Source: Chlorokybus atmophyticus
Lineage: Eukaryota > Plantae > Mesostigma and Chlorokybus algae
DNA length: 64,000 nt
Reading direction: 5' to 3'
Assembly (NCBI GenBank): GCA_009103225.1
Contig: RHPI01001737.1
Coordinates: forward strand, 570,286 to 634,285
This document shows, piece by piece, positions 38,258 through 58,522 of the stretch. Within the stretch, counting starts at the first letter, position 1. Each line of letters starts with the position of its first letter. The notes below the pieces were generated by a model. It searched no databases. It had not been told where the DNA came from and was given only the letters and a program-made list of their open reading frames with translations. Made by a program: the position numbers and the translations under genes.

Positions 38258-39836
38258 TTAGGTGTATCGTTGATGTAGCAGGGTCGCGCACCGCACTCAG
38301 AGTTGCCTTGCACGTATAGATACACATACAATAGGTGGTTGCTTGACGGCACGCACGAATTTTGGAGGCACCTGAGCCTTGTATATAATCAAACACTACT
38401 AGTTTGAAGCGACCTTGGTCTACCTACAAGTTTTTAGTACACACCGGCTGTGATTGCCGTTATCCTTTTGTGCATGTGTGCTGCAGTTATATTGATGGCA
38501 ATTATACATGTAGTGCTAGCTTGCCTACCGCCTTTGTCCACCTCACTCGCTATGATGTGCAATCAGCACATGCTGCAGGGTTGCAGTTGCTTTTCAGTTG
38601 CTGGTTATAGGTGCTTTACATTCATGACGGTGTGTTGATTATTACTGTTTGCACACAACAGATAGTGGTGCAAGTGAGGGGATGGTTACAAGATGGCATC
38701 TGCAGGCAAGGACCTCAGATACCGAGCAAGAGAATGGCTGCCATGTGGTGCACAGCTGGTGCTGAGCCGCAGTGGACGACGGAAACGCAAGGCATTGTCA
38801 TGTGCACACCCGCGTGCATATGTAACAGGTGCATTATTATGCAACCTCTTTATGTCATGTGCACCATTCTGATGCCTATACTACTATTCTGTACTACGAC
38901 AAGCGTCCAATGCTGTTCAGATGCATTGGGACTTTACACTCCCTTGGCCCCTGTCAAAGCAGCGACGATAAGCCAACACGAGTGGCAAACATATCAGAAA
39001 GGAAGGGTTGCTTGTTGCAGCTACATGCTGCATCGGCTTGTGTGCGCTAGTGCTGTTGGTGTTGTCTTGTGTGCAGACCATAGGGTATAACACAGGGGCC
39101 ACAAGCAAAGATGCAAACAAGCAAGCACAAAGCCAATATAACCCACGGCAACAACTAGATAGCTAGCTAGCTATGGGGCTGGACCTATTTGCGTGCAAGG
39201 CAGTGAGGCACCATGTGTCTAGGTGTGTACTAGGTAGGCAGCTGCACATGCTGCACGTACTAGTTCTTGTGCTTGTGGTGTGCGCGCATGTAATGCTTGT
39301 GGTTGAAAAGCCTATGCTAGTATACTGTGTTGGCATATATGAATGGGGTTGTAACCCAAGGCTGTTGTGTGCCCGTGGTATGATGAAGGCATACTCAGTA
39401 TGTACAAGACAACAATTGTGTAGTTAGGCATGCACTCTTCGGATACTCCTGCGGATGCCACAGGCGGTGCTACTGACGTGAGCTCAATGGGTGACTTTAC
39501 CAGTTGCACAAGCCGGCCATGCCACTGCATCACAAGCACGATAACAATCTCATGCGACAAGACACCACCACGTGCTATGAAGCTCATGTAGTATTGATGG
39601 CAGCAAGGCTACACGCTAGTTGTAATCACTGCAGTCTACTTGGATAAAATCCCTCGTGGTGGACATGTTCCTTCATATGTACAATTTCAATCTGACAATG
39701 ACCAGCACTACTGAAAAGTGCAGGGTTGCAAGACGACTACAACACGAAGTCAACTAAATTATTGCATACGAACTGATGGCTGAACAATCACCACCCAACG
39801 AAGGCACCGATCAGCATAATGCGAGACATGTAACCA

Positions 39837-41757
39837 CTAGCGCTTCCCTTGCAAATATCGCGGATCCGACGTGGCCGCCTGATACGTCGGCGGCGGGTGC
39901 ACTCCCTGCAATGGGACAGCTTGCGTTGGCATCACCGGCGGTGGCGGGAAGTTGCTTGGGAACTGGAAGCCAGCAGAGGATGATACTTGAGGAGAAGGTG
40001 CCTGCGCTGGATACTGTGGTACACCAGCAGATGAAGTTGCCGCGGAGCTCGAACTCGCCAGTCTTGCCTGTAAGACACTACCTGAGTGAGCCACAAGTCC
40101 AACTCGCACAGATGAAGTTGGACAGGGTAGAACATGTGCAAGACACTGTTGTAGTACACAAAAAGCTTGCCTGCTGCATTTGCATGACGCGCTCTGCATC
40201 AGCCACAGCCTTCATGTGGGTCTCTTGCTCTTTGGCTCCCCTTTTCTGAAACGCGTAGCCCAACGCATAGAAGCTCTCTGCAATCACTTGCGTGCTACCA
40301 CCAAGCTGCAAATAACATGACAGCAATTACATCAATTACCCACACAGCAACATTCAACACAAGGTGAACACCAGGTCTGTGGTCAGAATGTCTGACCTGC
40401 GGAGATGCGTAGACCAGCTGCACCGCTTGGCGTAGAGTTTGCTCAACCGCTCCCGTGCTCACAAGATGCACGAAGGTGTACACAGCGTCGTCGACCAGCT
40501 TGTTGCGGTCTGGATTGGACTTGTCACTGCCGCTCAGCTTCTTCCACATGTTGTCCATGGCAGCAGTTATGGAACTCCTGTTGTGCAACACAGGTACATA
40601 CTACACTGTCAATACTGCTGCTTGCATGGCAACTGCGTGCAACAAGCAATTCCACAAAGCACTGTGGTTGTAATAGACGCAAAGCACTCAACGGCTCACA
40701 CATACATATTATGCGACAATAACAAGTGTTACGTATGTGACTACCAGCTGAGTACATCTGTAACAAGGACCTTGCACGCACGCACAGTACACAACTTTCA
40801 GTGTGATCGGTGCATACCTGCCGAAGTCCCCATATCGCGAGGCTTCTTCGGTGAGAATGCGACCAACGAGGATGGCGTCATCGTAGGTGACGTGTTTCGA
40901 CTGCAAGAGGAACTTCTTTGCGGCCGCCTTGGCCGCAGCAGAGTGCTCGTCCTTGTAACCTGCCAGCAGCAGGTGCGCAAACTTTACGCACACGGCCACC
41001 AGGTGGTCCACAGCACTGCCCGTCGACGCCTTCTTCTGCAGCATCGACTTGTCCTGAACATACGCAATCACGCTTCCTCAGCATCCAAGTGAATTGGACT
41101 GCCTCATTCAGTGCACAGCTCATTACTACATGGACAGCAAATATACTGTAACAAGTGTCTCTAAACAGCACGCACTGCCTTGGCAGTGTACCACAGTGGA
41201 ACATAAGAGTACAAAGCCAAGAGAGATTGAAATTGAAAGCATATGCATACTGCAGTGGCACAGCAACAGGCTATGGGTTATGCAACCTCACAAGATGGCT
41301 GTGAAACATGATTGCTAATCAAAGCAATCGCATGCTAACTGTGTGCCGCCTTACTGAATGCAACCGAGTAGTAGTACAGTATACTGACTAACTCTATGGT
41401 ATAAGCTTCAAGTCAAGTGAGTATGAGCATCACTGTCCGTCACAGAGCAGCAACATACGAGCACCTTTCGTTCGTCGAGCGCGGTGTCAGCACTCTTCAC
41501 AGCGTCTTTGATGGCAGAAAACCCCTGCTTGGACAGGCTGAAGGCAAACCCCATGCCTTTGCCAGCGATTGAGGCCGCCTTGCCAGCTGTAGTGTGGAAC
41601 CAGCATCAAAGAAACGATATCAACTACAGTACCATTTTGCAACAACAAAGGTGCATGATATCTATGGTAACAATCACAAAGACCACACTCACGGCACCAC
41701 AACCACCATGTCAATCCAACAGCACCAACTACGAAATCATTGACAGAACTTACCCAT
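39837..41757 (-). CDS. Hypothetical protein of about 300 aa, weakly DnaJ-X-domain-like, with a Pro/Ser-rich tail
   Basis: Six phase-consistent exons: ATG G|CT GGC (MAGKAASIAGKGMGFAFSLSKQGFSAIKDAVKSAD...)|DKSMLQKK...RYGDFG(R)|SSITAAMDNMW...GAVEQTLRQAVQLVYASPQ|LGGSTQVIAESFYALGYAFQKRG...QQ|ARLASS...GKR*. The E.TLR.....V...L.ALG..FQK pattern recalls the DnaJ-X C-terminus. Confidence 0.6.
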
Positions 41758-44212
41758 GATTACTTGCAGCAGTCAATTAGGGCTTGGCAGTTCAAAGGAA
41801 ATCTATTGGCCACCCAACTCGAAACGTACACCTATTGACACCTGATGCTCGTCTTGCTCTGCATGAAGGGAACGGCCTTGAGCCAGCTAACAACCTCGCA
41901 CACACCCTGTTGCAACTGCGCTCGCGTCTGATCAGACAGCAAAAGCAGCAGCGGAGGCAAAGGCGGCGGTGCAAACAGTCAACAACCTTCACGTACACAG
42001 ACAAATAGACCTTGTACCGCTCTTTTCTCACCAGCGTGATGGTCAACCGTACGCAACGCCACTGAGCTAAGGAGGACCGTTACCGGCGAAGACCTCCACC
42101 AGCACCAGCAGCTTGCTGCGCTCGACAACTGTGACGACCACTACGACGCCAACACCCACTGCGCTTGCAACACACTGTGGAGGTGATTGTATGCTGCCAG
42201 GCACGTCGACGTTTCAAAGCGCCACGCGTCGACTCCACCGTTTTCGCCGACTGCTCGAACATAACAGGCTTCGAGTGTCAGAGCAGGTGTTGAATGGGTG
42301 CCTGCATCAACGACAGCACCGAGCCGCACATCAACTATGCTGAGGTGTAGACGTTGTATATGTTGCATATTGTATGCACTTATAAGTTTCCATAGCATTT
42401 GCACACATGTCATACGTAGCAAGCATTAGAGTTGCAAACGTATTATCTCAGCTACGCGTGTTACACGTGAGGTTACCATCTTTGTATTGCATGTACATAC
42501 CAGTAACGTGGTAAATCGCATAACGCAATGCATATCACAACTTATTTAAGCGCGAGCCATCACATCACAAAATGCGTTCTCAAAGCCTACATACTGTGTC
42601 CTCGACGTGAGCAAATACATGGGGCTGCATCGGCGAGTCATGATAGTTACAAGATCTTAAATGTGACAGTCTAATGCTGGTACATCATAATTATCCATCC
42701 ATTTCCATTGCAAGTATAACATATTATATGTTGTATATCATACGACATAAATGTTTTATACTAGTAGTATATAACATCTTCCATATTGACTTGCGTAATT
42801 TTTTATCATTGCTAGAAATACAAGCTACGTCGACATAACCTTTATAGGGTGCCTATTTTGCCACATGAGGCTTGCACAAGTAACTTGTCAGCTCCGGCTT
42901 CTGGCTGTAGACAGCGTCACATTTAAGATAAAACAAGTCAGTGCCTCCAATGTTCAATCCCTGCACCATATGCTGAAACACAACGCATGTACACGTATAA
43001 TGAAAGCGCAATGCTACTTGCGACGCACTTGTATACTTAGTGCGGAAGGTAGGTGTCCTTGCAGTGGGATTTTGTCGCAAACTGTTTCCCCTGCCGACCG
43101 ATTAAATACTGGTAACGGCCGTGCACCTGAGGATACTCATTTGGACTGTCGTGGCTCAGTCCACCTGTAATCTCGATACAGAGACTTGAGTATAACGGCC
43201 GTCCTCGGCCGTTTACACAAAGCGACTAACCTAGACGGACATGTACCTGTCAGGTACTTATTAGTTGAGCAGAAGGGATTTGATCTAACTAACCAGTACC
43301 TGTAAGATACCTATCAGTTAAGCAAAGGTGACATAGCCTAACTAACAGGTATCTCACCTATACTTATAAGTTAGGTTCCGGCAACTTTGTGGTAACTGTC
43401 CAAAACTGCTAGGTACCTAATTATGACTAACGGTACCTTATAGTACCGTCAGTGATGAGTAGGTACCGCGTTTGTGTGACATCGACTGTGCAAGACGGCA
43501 ATCATATCATATGATTGTAATCAAGTTGTGATGATTACAACTTGATTACATCACAGTCATATACATGTCACCTACACAGTACAAGCCCCACTACTAACAT
43601 ACTACAGTATACTACTACACTACTACGGTAGTAGTACTACCTACTACACTACAGTCTGCCGCCGCTAAGTCTTGTGCTGCCGCTTGCCTGCTGCTTCCGC
43701 CCTCTTAGCCTGGCCGTCCTGAGGAAAGAGGGGCGGTCAGCTAGGGCGGCGCAACACATTATATACACACCACCACCACCACCACCACCACCACAACCAC
43801 CACAACAGCAACAACAGCGCATCTGCTGGCGGCCGCCGCCGCCGCCGCCGCGCCTAGCCTGGTGGTCGCCCTACAACGCGAAGGGTGGAAGGGCGGTCAG
43901 GCTGCGCTGCTGCGCACTACACGACAAAACATGCACAAGCACACAAGCACATACCTGCCGCCGCCGCCGCCACAGCAGCAGCATAACGCTCAACTGCGCA
44001 AGTCAAGTTGAGCGTTGTGTTGCGACTTAGCATCTGCATTCACAAGGGGGCCGTTGAGTTTAAAAACGCAACGGCTTCCCTTATGACACCATCGTACTAT
44101 TACGATGGTACTTTTGTACCATCATAATGTTACAAAAGTACCAATACAATGGTACCATCGTAATGGTACAAAAGTACCAATACCATAGTACCAATGTAAT
44201 GGTACTGCTGTA

Positions 44213-45388
44213 CAGTCTACCCCCGCCAAGAGAATTCGTTTCAAGAGAATAACCCCGTTAGTATCATAAAAAATGAGATTACCAAACGTTCTACAGGCAA
44301 TTTACGCGCCTCAAGAGAATATGACCAACTGCGAAGAGCATATCTCTTTCCCTTGACAAAATCGTAAGTTTAAGTGAGGATATGCTTGTATCGGGGGGTG
44401 CAAGTGTGATGCATACGGCGCACAGCGTGATGAGCATGATGGGCGTGATGCATGTAATTCACTGTATCTTAATGTAACTTAGCGTTGCAAAGCATCATCG
44501 CCGCCACTTCGGACGGCAGCGACGGCGGTGAGGAGACGCAGGCTGGGGGCAGCGACGGCGGTGAGGAGACGCAGGCTGGGGCAGCGGTGGCGGGCGGGGT
44601 ATAGTTGATGGGCACGCCGCTCAACTTGTAGGGCGGCTAGCTGGTCACGGCTGTTGCAGCGCCGCTGCTGGCGGCGCACAACAAGTAAGGGTTTGCAACG
44701 CACATGCAGTGCATGCACGTACATGCAGTGTGTGATTGTGTATGCACAAACAGTAATGTAGTGTGTGATTGTTGTTATAGGTCAGCATGGCCGCACAAAT
44801 CAAGCGTGATAACCTTCCTCTAAAAGACAAGCAGCGCATCCTTGAGTTGTGACGCTAATGAAGGTCTTAAGCAAGCGGACTTGATTGCTATTATTAGAAC
44901 TGAGTTGAAGTTCACTATCAAGCAGAGTTCGCTCTCCAAACTTCTCAATAAACAGCGACAGCAAATAGCCGATGCGTTGGCTGTGGGTGGCAAGCATGCG
45001 GCCAAAAACAAAAGGATGCGGATTGGGGCTCATCCCAAATTAGAAGATGGATTGTATGAGTGGTTTGCACAGGCCAGAGCACGCAATGCGTTGATCACTG
45101 ATGCATTGTGAATGGAGACACAAATGGCAAGAATGTTGTTTGGATTCATCTGACTATAGCAACGCAATTGTATGGTATTCAAGCAAGAATGTAGCAACAT
45201 GGGCATTGTTGAGCTTCATTGCTCACCATACTAAAGCGAAAAAGTATTATACACAAGACCCCGCTAATAGCATATTTATGCTCTTGGCAGTCAATAGCAT
45301 ATTATGCTCTTAAACGCTTAGAGACTAACCCCGCCAAGAGCATAAGATGGCTGAGGATAAACAGTATGCTCTTAGCGAGGGTAGACTG
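44213..45388 (+). mobile_element. Internally deleted pogo/Tigger (Tc1-mariner superfamily) DNA transposon
   Basis: Left end TA|CAGTCTACCCCCGCCAAGAGAAT at 44213. Right end ATGCTCTTAGCGAGGGTAGACTG|TA at 45388, whose reverse complement is CAGTCTACCCTCGCTAAGAGCAT. TA target duplication on both sides; contains a transposase N-terminal remnant. Confidence 0.88.
44787..45111 (+). pseudogene. Frameshifted, truncated pogo/CENP-B-type transposase (psq HTH plus Tc5 HTH only, no DDE domain)
   Basis: MAAQIKRDNLPLKDKQRILE, a frameshift, then ANEGLKQADLIAIIRTELKFTIKQSSLSKLLNKQR...KRMRIGAHPKLEDGLYEWFAQARARNALITDAL*. The ..P.LE..L..WF...R.......I pattern is typical of CENP-B/Tigger HTH domains. Confidence 0.85.
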
Positions 45389-47946
45389 TACCATATCGAT
45401 GGTACCAAAGTACAATTGTCTTGAGGCAAAACTTCCATCGTATCATATATTGGTACTTGTCCCAACTCACCGCCACCGCTCGTCCCTAAGCTGGGACTGA
45501 TAAGTCACTTGCTTGCCATTTTGATACATCACCCTCGCAAAATGCTATATGATCGGTGGTCGGTCGTATTAATCGAGTGGAGTCATGCACATCAATGAGT
45601 GTGTAGGTGTTTCCTTGTGTGCACAGGCGTGTGACAGTGTGTGCGCGTGCGCGTGCGCATGGTGTGCAGTGTACATGCGCGTGCATATGCGTGTGTTTGT
45701 CTCACTTTGGCAAGAGATGTAAAGGCTGCCTTTCCCCGGGAATCTAAGTATTTACTGAAAAACCTGGGATACTGCTCATCTGCAGAGTGCGTGCTCAGAA
45801 GCTGCAGCATTACATAGCTTGCAAAACTGTCACAAGATTACTTGGTCATTATCTCAAATGGCAGCGACACAGCCGGCCGGTGTGTGGTGTGCGACCAGTG
45901 CAAGCAACCGATAATAGCAGCGTGAATATTAGGATGGCATGCCTAAATTGCGGGAGGAGAAGCCAGAGGAGGGGGTGAGCACCCGACAGCTGGCAACGGA
46001 GGGCGATAAGGTATGCCTTGCATGACGCATGCGTGTAGGTGAATTGGCTCTACGCATGGAAGACGTGTATGTATCCATCTCTACAACATATGCCTGCGCG
46101 CTAAGACACACATCACTACCAGTGCTGTAAATTGTAGGGACAAACGAGGCCAATTCATTTGGTCCAGTTTTTGACATTAAGTCCAGTTTTTGACATTCAC
46201 TGACAAAGCAGCTTGGCAAACCGTTGCAAAAGCTCTTTTACCAAACATTGCGAAGCGTTTGGAAGACAATGCAGCCGCCCGGTAATTAAATTTTTTAACC
46301 TACTGCAGTATACACGACTCACACGCAAGAGCATGCATTGGCGAGCATGGCATGGGTGTAAGTGCATTATGCACTGTGCATGTAACCGCATGCATTGCGC
46401 AACCGAGTTGTTTATCACATGGAAGGGCAGAGTACTCAATACTTGGGTTTTACAACACGCATGAGCATTACCTGTTCTCTTAATACCATTAAAACCCATA
46501 CGCGCACGTCAACAATGTGAGAGGCTAGCGCATGCACTGGCCGCACGGCAGCGAACGCAGCCACTAGATGAGAGTGGCCAGCGACACTCAGACTTCCCCT
46601 GGTCGCACCTCATACTTGACTTTGTTCACAAAGCCGACACATGTAGGTAGCTTGGAGGACAGGGCACCTCCCCCGCCGCCATCGCCGCTCATGAGGAAAT
46701 TGCTGCACCAGCACTGCCTAGCCCGGCGGTTATATATAGAAAAGTTATGTCTGCAATGCGTCGTCTTGATGGAGGACAAAATAGAGGGATGCAAAACCAC
46801 TGGTCGCGTTACTCATGCAGGTGGCGTCATCTCATTTTTGTGTGTGTGTGTCCTCGCGGACAAGAGAACTTTTCCTCCAACCGAGAATTGTCCGGCCCAC
46901 CAGGTGGGCCGCGTCGCAGGGCGGTGGGTCGCCATTAGCAACAATCATTACAAAAAAGCATCCACTTTTTGACACGTGCAGTACCTTCAAGGTACTACCT
47001 TGCAGTCTTGAAAAGAGCATAACAGGCGCATGAGCTGCAGTGCTGCACTGCCAGTGCAGCTGCTAAGCATGTTGCCTTTTGCATGAAGCTATCAGCGCGT
47101 GCAACACCTACCGGTATGTGACGTGGCAATGTGCATATGATATCGCAGTGGTCAACTACCTTAGCGCCATTACATGGCGGCTCGCGCGCGCGCACATCAC
47201 GCCGTTAGCTCCCAGGTCAATGTGCTGCCGGCGTGATGGGGGAATCCATCAAGGGAGTTAGTCAATGCCAAAGTGAGCGCATTCACGTTTGCATTGGGTT
47301 TATGCGTACAGCAGGGTACAAGTTAACGGCTCTGAATTCCTATCAGCAGCCAGCGCTGGGAGTTGGCCAGCAAGTCGCTGGCAAGCTTAGCATTGCTGAC
47401 TAGTCGTACAGCAAGCCTCAGCTGTCAGGTGTACAATTCTTCTGGAACGGTGTGAACGGTAATACATGACATTCGTTTCAATGTAAACAAGTCGTCGTAT
47501 ACCCGTGGCGAGGTATATACATATCATACTTAATAAGGCCTGTGAAACAAGGGGAATGCACGCAGCATTTGCCAGTCCATCGCAAAATGGAAATGACGGA
47601 CGGGACATGCTAACCGATGAATTCTATCAGGCCCGACATCGGTATTTGTAGGGCACACATCCAGGCTGACTCGGGTGGCGAAACAGTCTGACAGCCGATG
47701 ACAAAGCCTGAGTTACGTCTCCGAGAGAGAACAAAAACACGCGCAAGTGAAACCGCGTGTTTGTCCCTCCTCCCCAACACCGATGGCGCGGTCGCAACTC
47801 AATGATCATATGCTTATAAGCAAGACGGGGCGTGCTGCAGGGCAAGCTATTTCTTGTTTCCCTGCATGTAGACGTTCGCATTGGCGTGGGCGTCCGGGGC
47901 GGCGGTGGGTGGTACAGCGGTGGGCGGGTGGGCGTGCGGGGCGGCG

Positions 47947-53736
<5,790 letters not shown>

Positions 53737-55169
53737 AGTGCTTCTGTGTCAAGTTCTGTATATAGCAGTTTTTTGACAAATAAAAACTGCCTGATGACAA
53801 ATAGACTATCGACATGGCGGACTAGAGCAGTGAGGACTCAGAACCGTGTTCCGGCATGCACATAGTGCGGAGCGCTATCTGCCATGTCCCTGTTCTTGAC
53901 GTTAGCAAGGCATAGTTTTCGGTAGCACAGCAGCGCAAGGCATTGCCTGTGTTTACAAGTCGATTAGCATAGCGTGACATGTTTTGACCAATGTCTATAC
54001 AAATATGATATTGTGCTGTTTGATGCCTATGACATGCGTGCACAAATCTGTCCTGCATGACAAACAGCTCTATTGCTGTGGCTACCACCGCTGCATCCAT
54101 CCACAAGAGCGCCCAAGTCCACAAACTCCTGACCTGCTTGCTGAGCATGTGCACAATGCATCAGCAATGTTGCTGGTGAGTGCTTTGAACTAGTGCAGCG
54201 AGACAAGCTGGTGCACGTACAACATACGGGCCACTGGTTTATGCAACCAGCCGTGACACAAATCGACGAACGTCATCATGCCGACAAACGAGGCGTAATG
54301 CTGGCTGTACTTATGAACTATGAAGCTGCAGTCCAGCTGGACAGTTGTTGGCGGTCGGCTTGACAGCAGCCCTGCTCGCAAGTGAATGTTGCAGCTCCAT
54401 GCATGCGACTGAAATCGAGCAGAGAGAGAGAGAGAGAGAGAGGGGCTGTTTTCTGGCCTCATACACTTGTATAAATTTCATTAACTACAAACAAGGGTTG
54501 CTAAGTTATGTACGGATATATATCCATATACACTTACCTATATGCATCAAATTCAAGCAATTATCGGTGTATGCGTCTTTTCAACGTTCACACATAGCAG
54601 CATGTAAGTTAATGTGTCTGCCGGGTCTGCTGCTCATGTCGTCTATCATGGCAGTGCTTTGCCTCTGTTCCAGAACATGCCCGACGTCGTCACGCGTCAC
54701 GAAATCATCACGGCCAAAGAAAATCAGCGCACGCACCGCCTGCGTTTGTTCCGTGCTGCTTTATCGGCAGGGGATGCTGCAAATGCACTCAGTGCTGCAA
54801 TGGTGTTGACTTATACCATTGGTCTGCTCTTAGTGCAGGCCTATCATTGCATCAGTCAGTAGCACCACTTGTTGCAGTGCATGCCTTTCACGCTGGTGGG
54901 AGAGAGCGTCTTTAAGCCCATTGAACCATCAGCATAGCAGGCTGATGAAACAGGAATTGAGTATATAGGCCTACTACTGGCAGTCCGACATGCATGCGTG
55001 ACAAGACATACCGGTACTGCATGTCATTTTTCCACTGACAATGCAACCGCTTGTCAAGAGATAGAAAGGTAAAGGTAAATTCCAGCAAGTGTCCGTCCAC
55101 ACTTCAGCGTTTGTCTCTTGTGCAGCGGCAGGCCATCACCANCCCCCCCCCCCCCCCCTCCCCCCAAAA

Positions 55170-55632
55170 AACCCTGCCCCTTCTCAGCAGAGGACTCCAT
55201 ACAATCCACCCTCATCAACAGCATACCATATATCCTGCACTATGTTATGCTCTTCGCGGGGTTATGCACGTCACGCCTAAGAGCATAGTATGCTCTTTGA
55301 CGTCAAGTGCATACGCTATTGACGAGGGTTGCTCATCACATCACGCATAACACGTCACATTCATCACGCCACACACATCACGCCATCACGTCCATCATGC
55401 CTACCAGCTTACCCATCACGCCCCATGCGTCATGGTCACACCCATCACCCTGCCCATCATGCGTCACACCCCCTTTACTAGCATATCCCTCATTTAAATT
55501 TATGACATGACATGAAAATATACTATGCTCTTGAGGTGCAATATTTGCTAAAGTTATCTCGTAATCTCATATCTATGCTATAAGCGGGATCATCACTCTC
55601 TTATAACGAAGTTTAATGGCGCAAGTAGACTA
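55170..55632. mobile_element. Degenerate MITE of the same pogo family as 44213-45388
   Basis: Shares AAGAGCATA..ATGCTCTT and CATCACGCC-rich internal motifs with the 58840 copy. Its right part is the reverse complement of the left subterminal region of the 44213 element (ATGAGATTAC...CCTCAAGAG), and it ends in GTAGACT at 55631. Confidence 0.65.
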
Positions 55633-56414
55633 AGGTGCCCGCTGGGTACCATCGCGCCGAGTTTTTGTCCCCCCTCCCCCGCCCCATTCACGACTTGAGT
55701 TAAAGAATAATATCTTTTAAGATTGTGCAGATTTTGGGCATCCACTACGCCGACAACCAGGAGACGCCGTGCAGACGCGCATGCGCGCGTGCGTGTGTGT
55801 CTGTTGCGGCATGTGTGCGCACGGCTTGTGCGTGCACGTGGTTGCATGGTTACCCACACTCATCACCCGGCGGGTAACACCCGCACAACGACAACAGGAA
55901 CCTGGCCGGAGTGGGTGGGGCTAGGTGCAACGACTGCAGCTCTCATGCGCTCATGAGGGTGCTGCTGCACGCCACTAAACTGGACTTTCTTGTTTAGTGC
56001 CAACATCGTGCACGGGAGGAGCAGAAAGGACCCTGCGTCACGGCCACCGTTTTGTGTGTAGTAGTGGGGGCCGAGGATCGGGGTGGAGACATACCGGTAG
56101 TACCGTTGTTGTAACATAAATGGAAAGGGGCATGTCGGACATGTGGCTCCCTCTGTAGCAGCGACTTTTGCTGCCATAGCCTAGTGGTTAAGGCGTCGAT
56201 GTTACAGCTATATGCCAAACCATGCCAACGCACAGTGGCCGCCGCATGGGCCATGTGGGAGGTGTGCAAGCCAATTGAGAAAAAGGGGATAACTTTGACG
56301 CTTATCGTTGGCATCGCGCCCTCGACTGAAAGTAATATATGTAGGTCAAACCCCCCACGTATATGTAGATACACGCACATGCAGGGACGCAAACACACTT
56401 AAACCACCTACATA

Positions 56415-56813
<399 letters not shown>

Positions 56814-57950
56814 NTCCCCCAACCCCTTAACACCTTACCAGCCACCCACCGTCTCTCTCTTTTCCCCCAACATGCTGTCAAGGCAGTTGCCCCATTTCCT
56901 CGCCGAACCGGCCTCGAGTGGTTGCTGTCCTTAATGGGCAGGATCGGCACACAATTATGCGTATAGGGTGCGCCGCGGCAATGGGATCAACGATTGTGTG
57001 TAGCTTCTATACTTCACGTACAGGAAGTTAAATTGGGGGTCATGATGTAGATTATGAGGAGTACTCTACAAATGCTATTGCATTGACATGCAAGCGTACA
57101 GCTGTTAGCGCAGCTACCATGCCTATGAGGTACGCATCACATACATCTCACGCATGGGCACCACCCTACTCTACGCTAGTGCCGCCGCGGCACTGCCGCG
57201 TCCGCCTTTGTCGTCGAGGGTCCTGGCGCCATAGATGTCCACCCCTGCATCACCGCCACAGCCGCCGCTCCTCGGAGGAGCGGCGCTCCACAAGTGCCAT
57301 GGCATGTGCACGCTGCAACTTGCAGCGTGTATCGGCGAGGGGTTCGTGCATTTGCCCCGCCGCGAGCAAATCGCCTGTGCATTGATTGAACGCACAGGCG
57401 ACTCGCAGGGCAAATACACGAACCTCTCGAAGTATCGCTGCTCCGCCCCTCGCACCAGCATGATATGACGTGCGCATAGGCCGCGCTGAAAGTCCTCCCC
57501 GAGCGTACCGTGCGTTATGCATGGCACGCTGAAGACAATCTCCGTCGCCAGCGGGTAGAAGTTGTCGTTGGGTGGGTAGTCACCATTGGCCGCCTCAGCT
57601 GCTCGTTTACTGTCATGCCTGCTTGCTGCACGCCGTGACAGTGACATGTAACAGCATATTCGTGTTGCGGCCGGCTTTGGATGCCATCAGGTCGAGGCGT
57701 CTGCCGTGTGACTCCTATGCACAGATGGGCATAAAACTTGGATGCTTGCAGCTCACAATAAAGCCAGCCTCCGTCATCAAGGTGAACACCTCGTCGCAAA
57801 CTGCATTGTGGGTGGCTGTGCTCGCGCGACCCAGCCCGCAGCGCAACAAGTGCGCACTCTTTAGCTGCAGCGATGCCCCGCACGCGTAGTGCCTCACCCC
57901 CGCTAGCAATAGATGTGGCAAGCCCAAGCGTGTTCGCAGTGCCATTGCAG

Positions 57951-58522
57951 CACCGGTAGAATTGGTTTTCGGCAAGTTAGGCTAGATCCCTAACTTTATT
58001 AGAGCTTTGGTGCAAAGTTTGGTAGGGATTCGCAAGATCCCTAATTTATTCATAGGTAGATCCCCATAAGTTGGAACCTGTCACAAGCGGCCATCGGTTG
58101 GTCGTATAATTTGTATAAGATCTTCAACAACGTTCAGGACCGGGCGTTGCGATTATCAGCAAGCACGGTTGTGACAAAGACCTGTACAATGTCTATAAAG
58201 ATATTAACCATTTCCCTGACGTTGGGGACACGGTGGTTACATTACAACGCATACAAGTAAAGACAATTGCCGGTATAAATCCTTGTTGCGACCGTCATTG
58301 CTTGGATCTAGCAGTCATAAAGTTGTCACGTCGGTCGGTACACCGCACTAACTAACTACCTAAATTACTTGCCACCTGATCATCAGTATATCGCCGGTCC
58401 AAGCTTGCCTACAGGTAGAAACCAGTACCTCGGTTGCCATTGGATATCTTATCAAGTTATGGCTAGATTTCTAACCGAGTTGTGGTCAAAGCCAATCTGT
58501 TGAGGGGCCATATCTACCGGTG
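57951..58522. mobile_element. 572-bp non-autonomous TIR element inserted in the retrotransposon
   Basis: Left end CACCGGTAGAATTGG at 57951. Right end CCATATCTACCGGTG at 58522, reverse complement CACCGGTAGATATGG (13/15 match). The AT-rich interior interrupts the retroelement reading frame between FRPA and ALRTRLG. Confidence 0.75.

Noticed and set aside
43020-43480. AT-rich segment with ACGGCCGT and GGTACC palindromes, possible MITE
   Set aside because: Candidate TIRs were too weak to define ends or a target duplication.
45490-47200. Short ORFs and a GGCCCACCAGGTGGGCC hairpin, possibly a Helitron or other TE remnant
   Set aside because: No transposase or helicase motifs and no convincing termini.
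53740-55140. Possible downstream exons carrying the missing LOX C-terminal half
   Set aside because: No HxxxxH, WLxAK or C-terminal LOX motifs in any frame.
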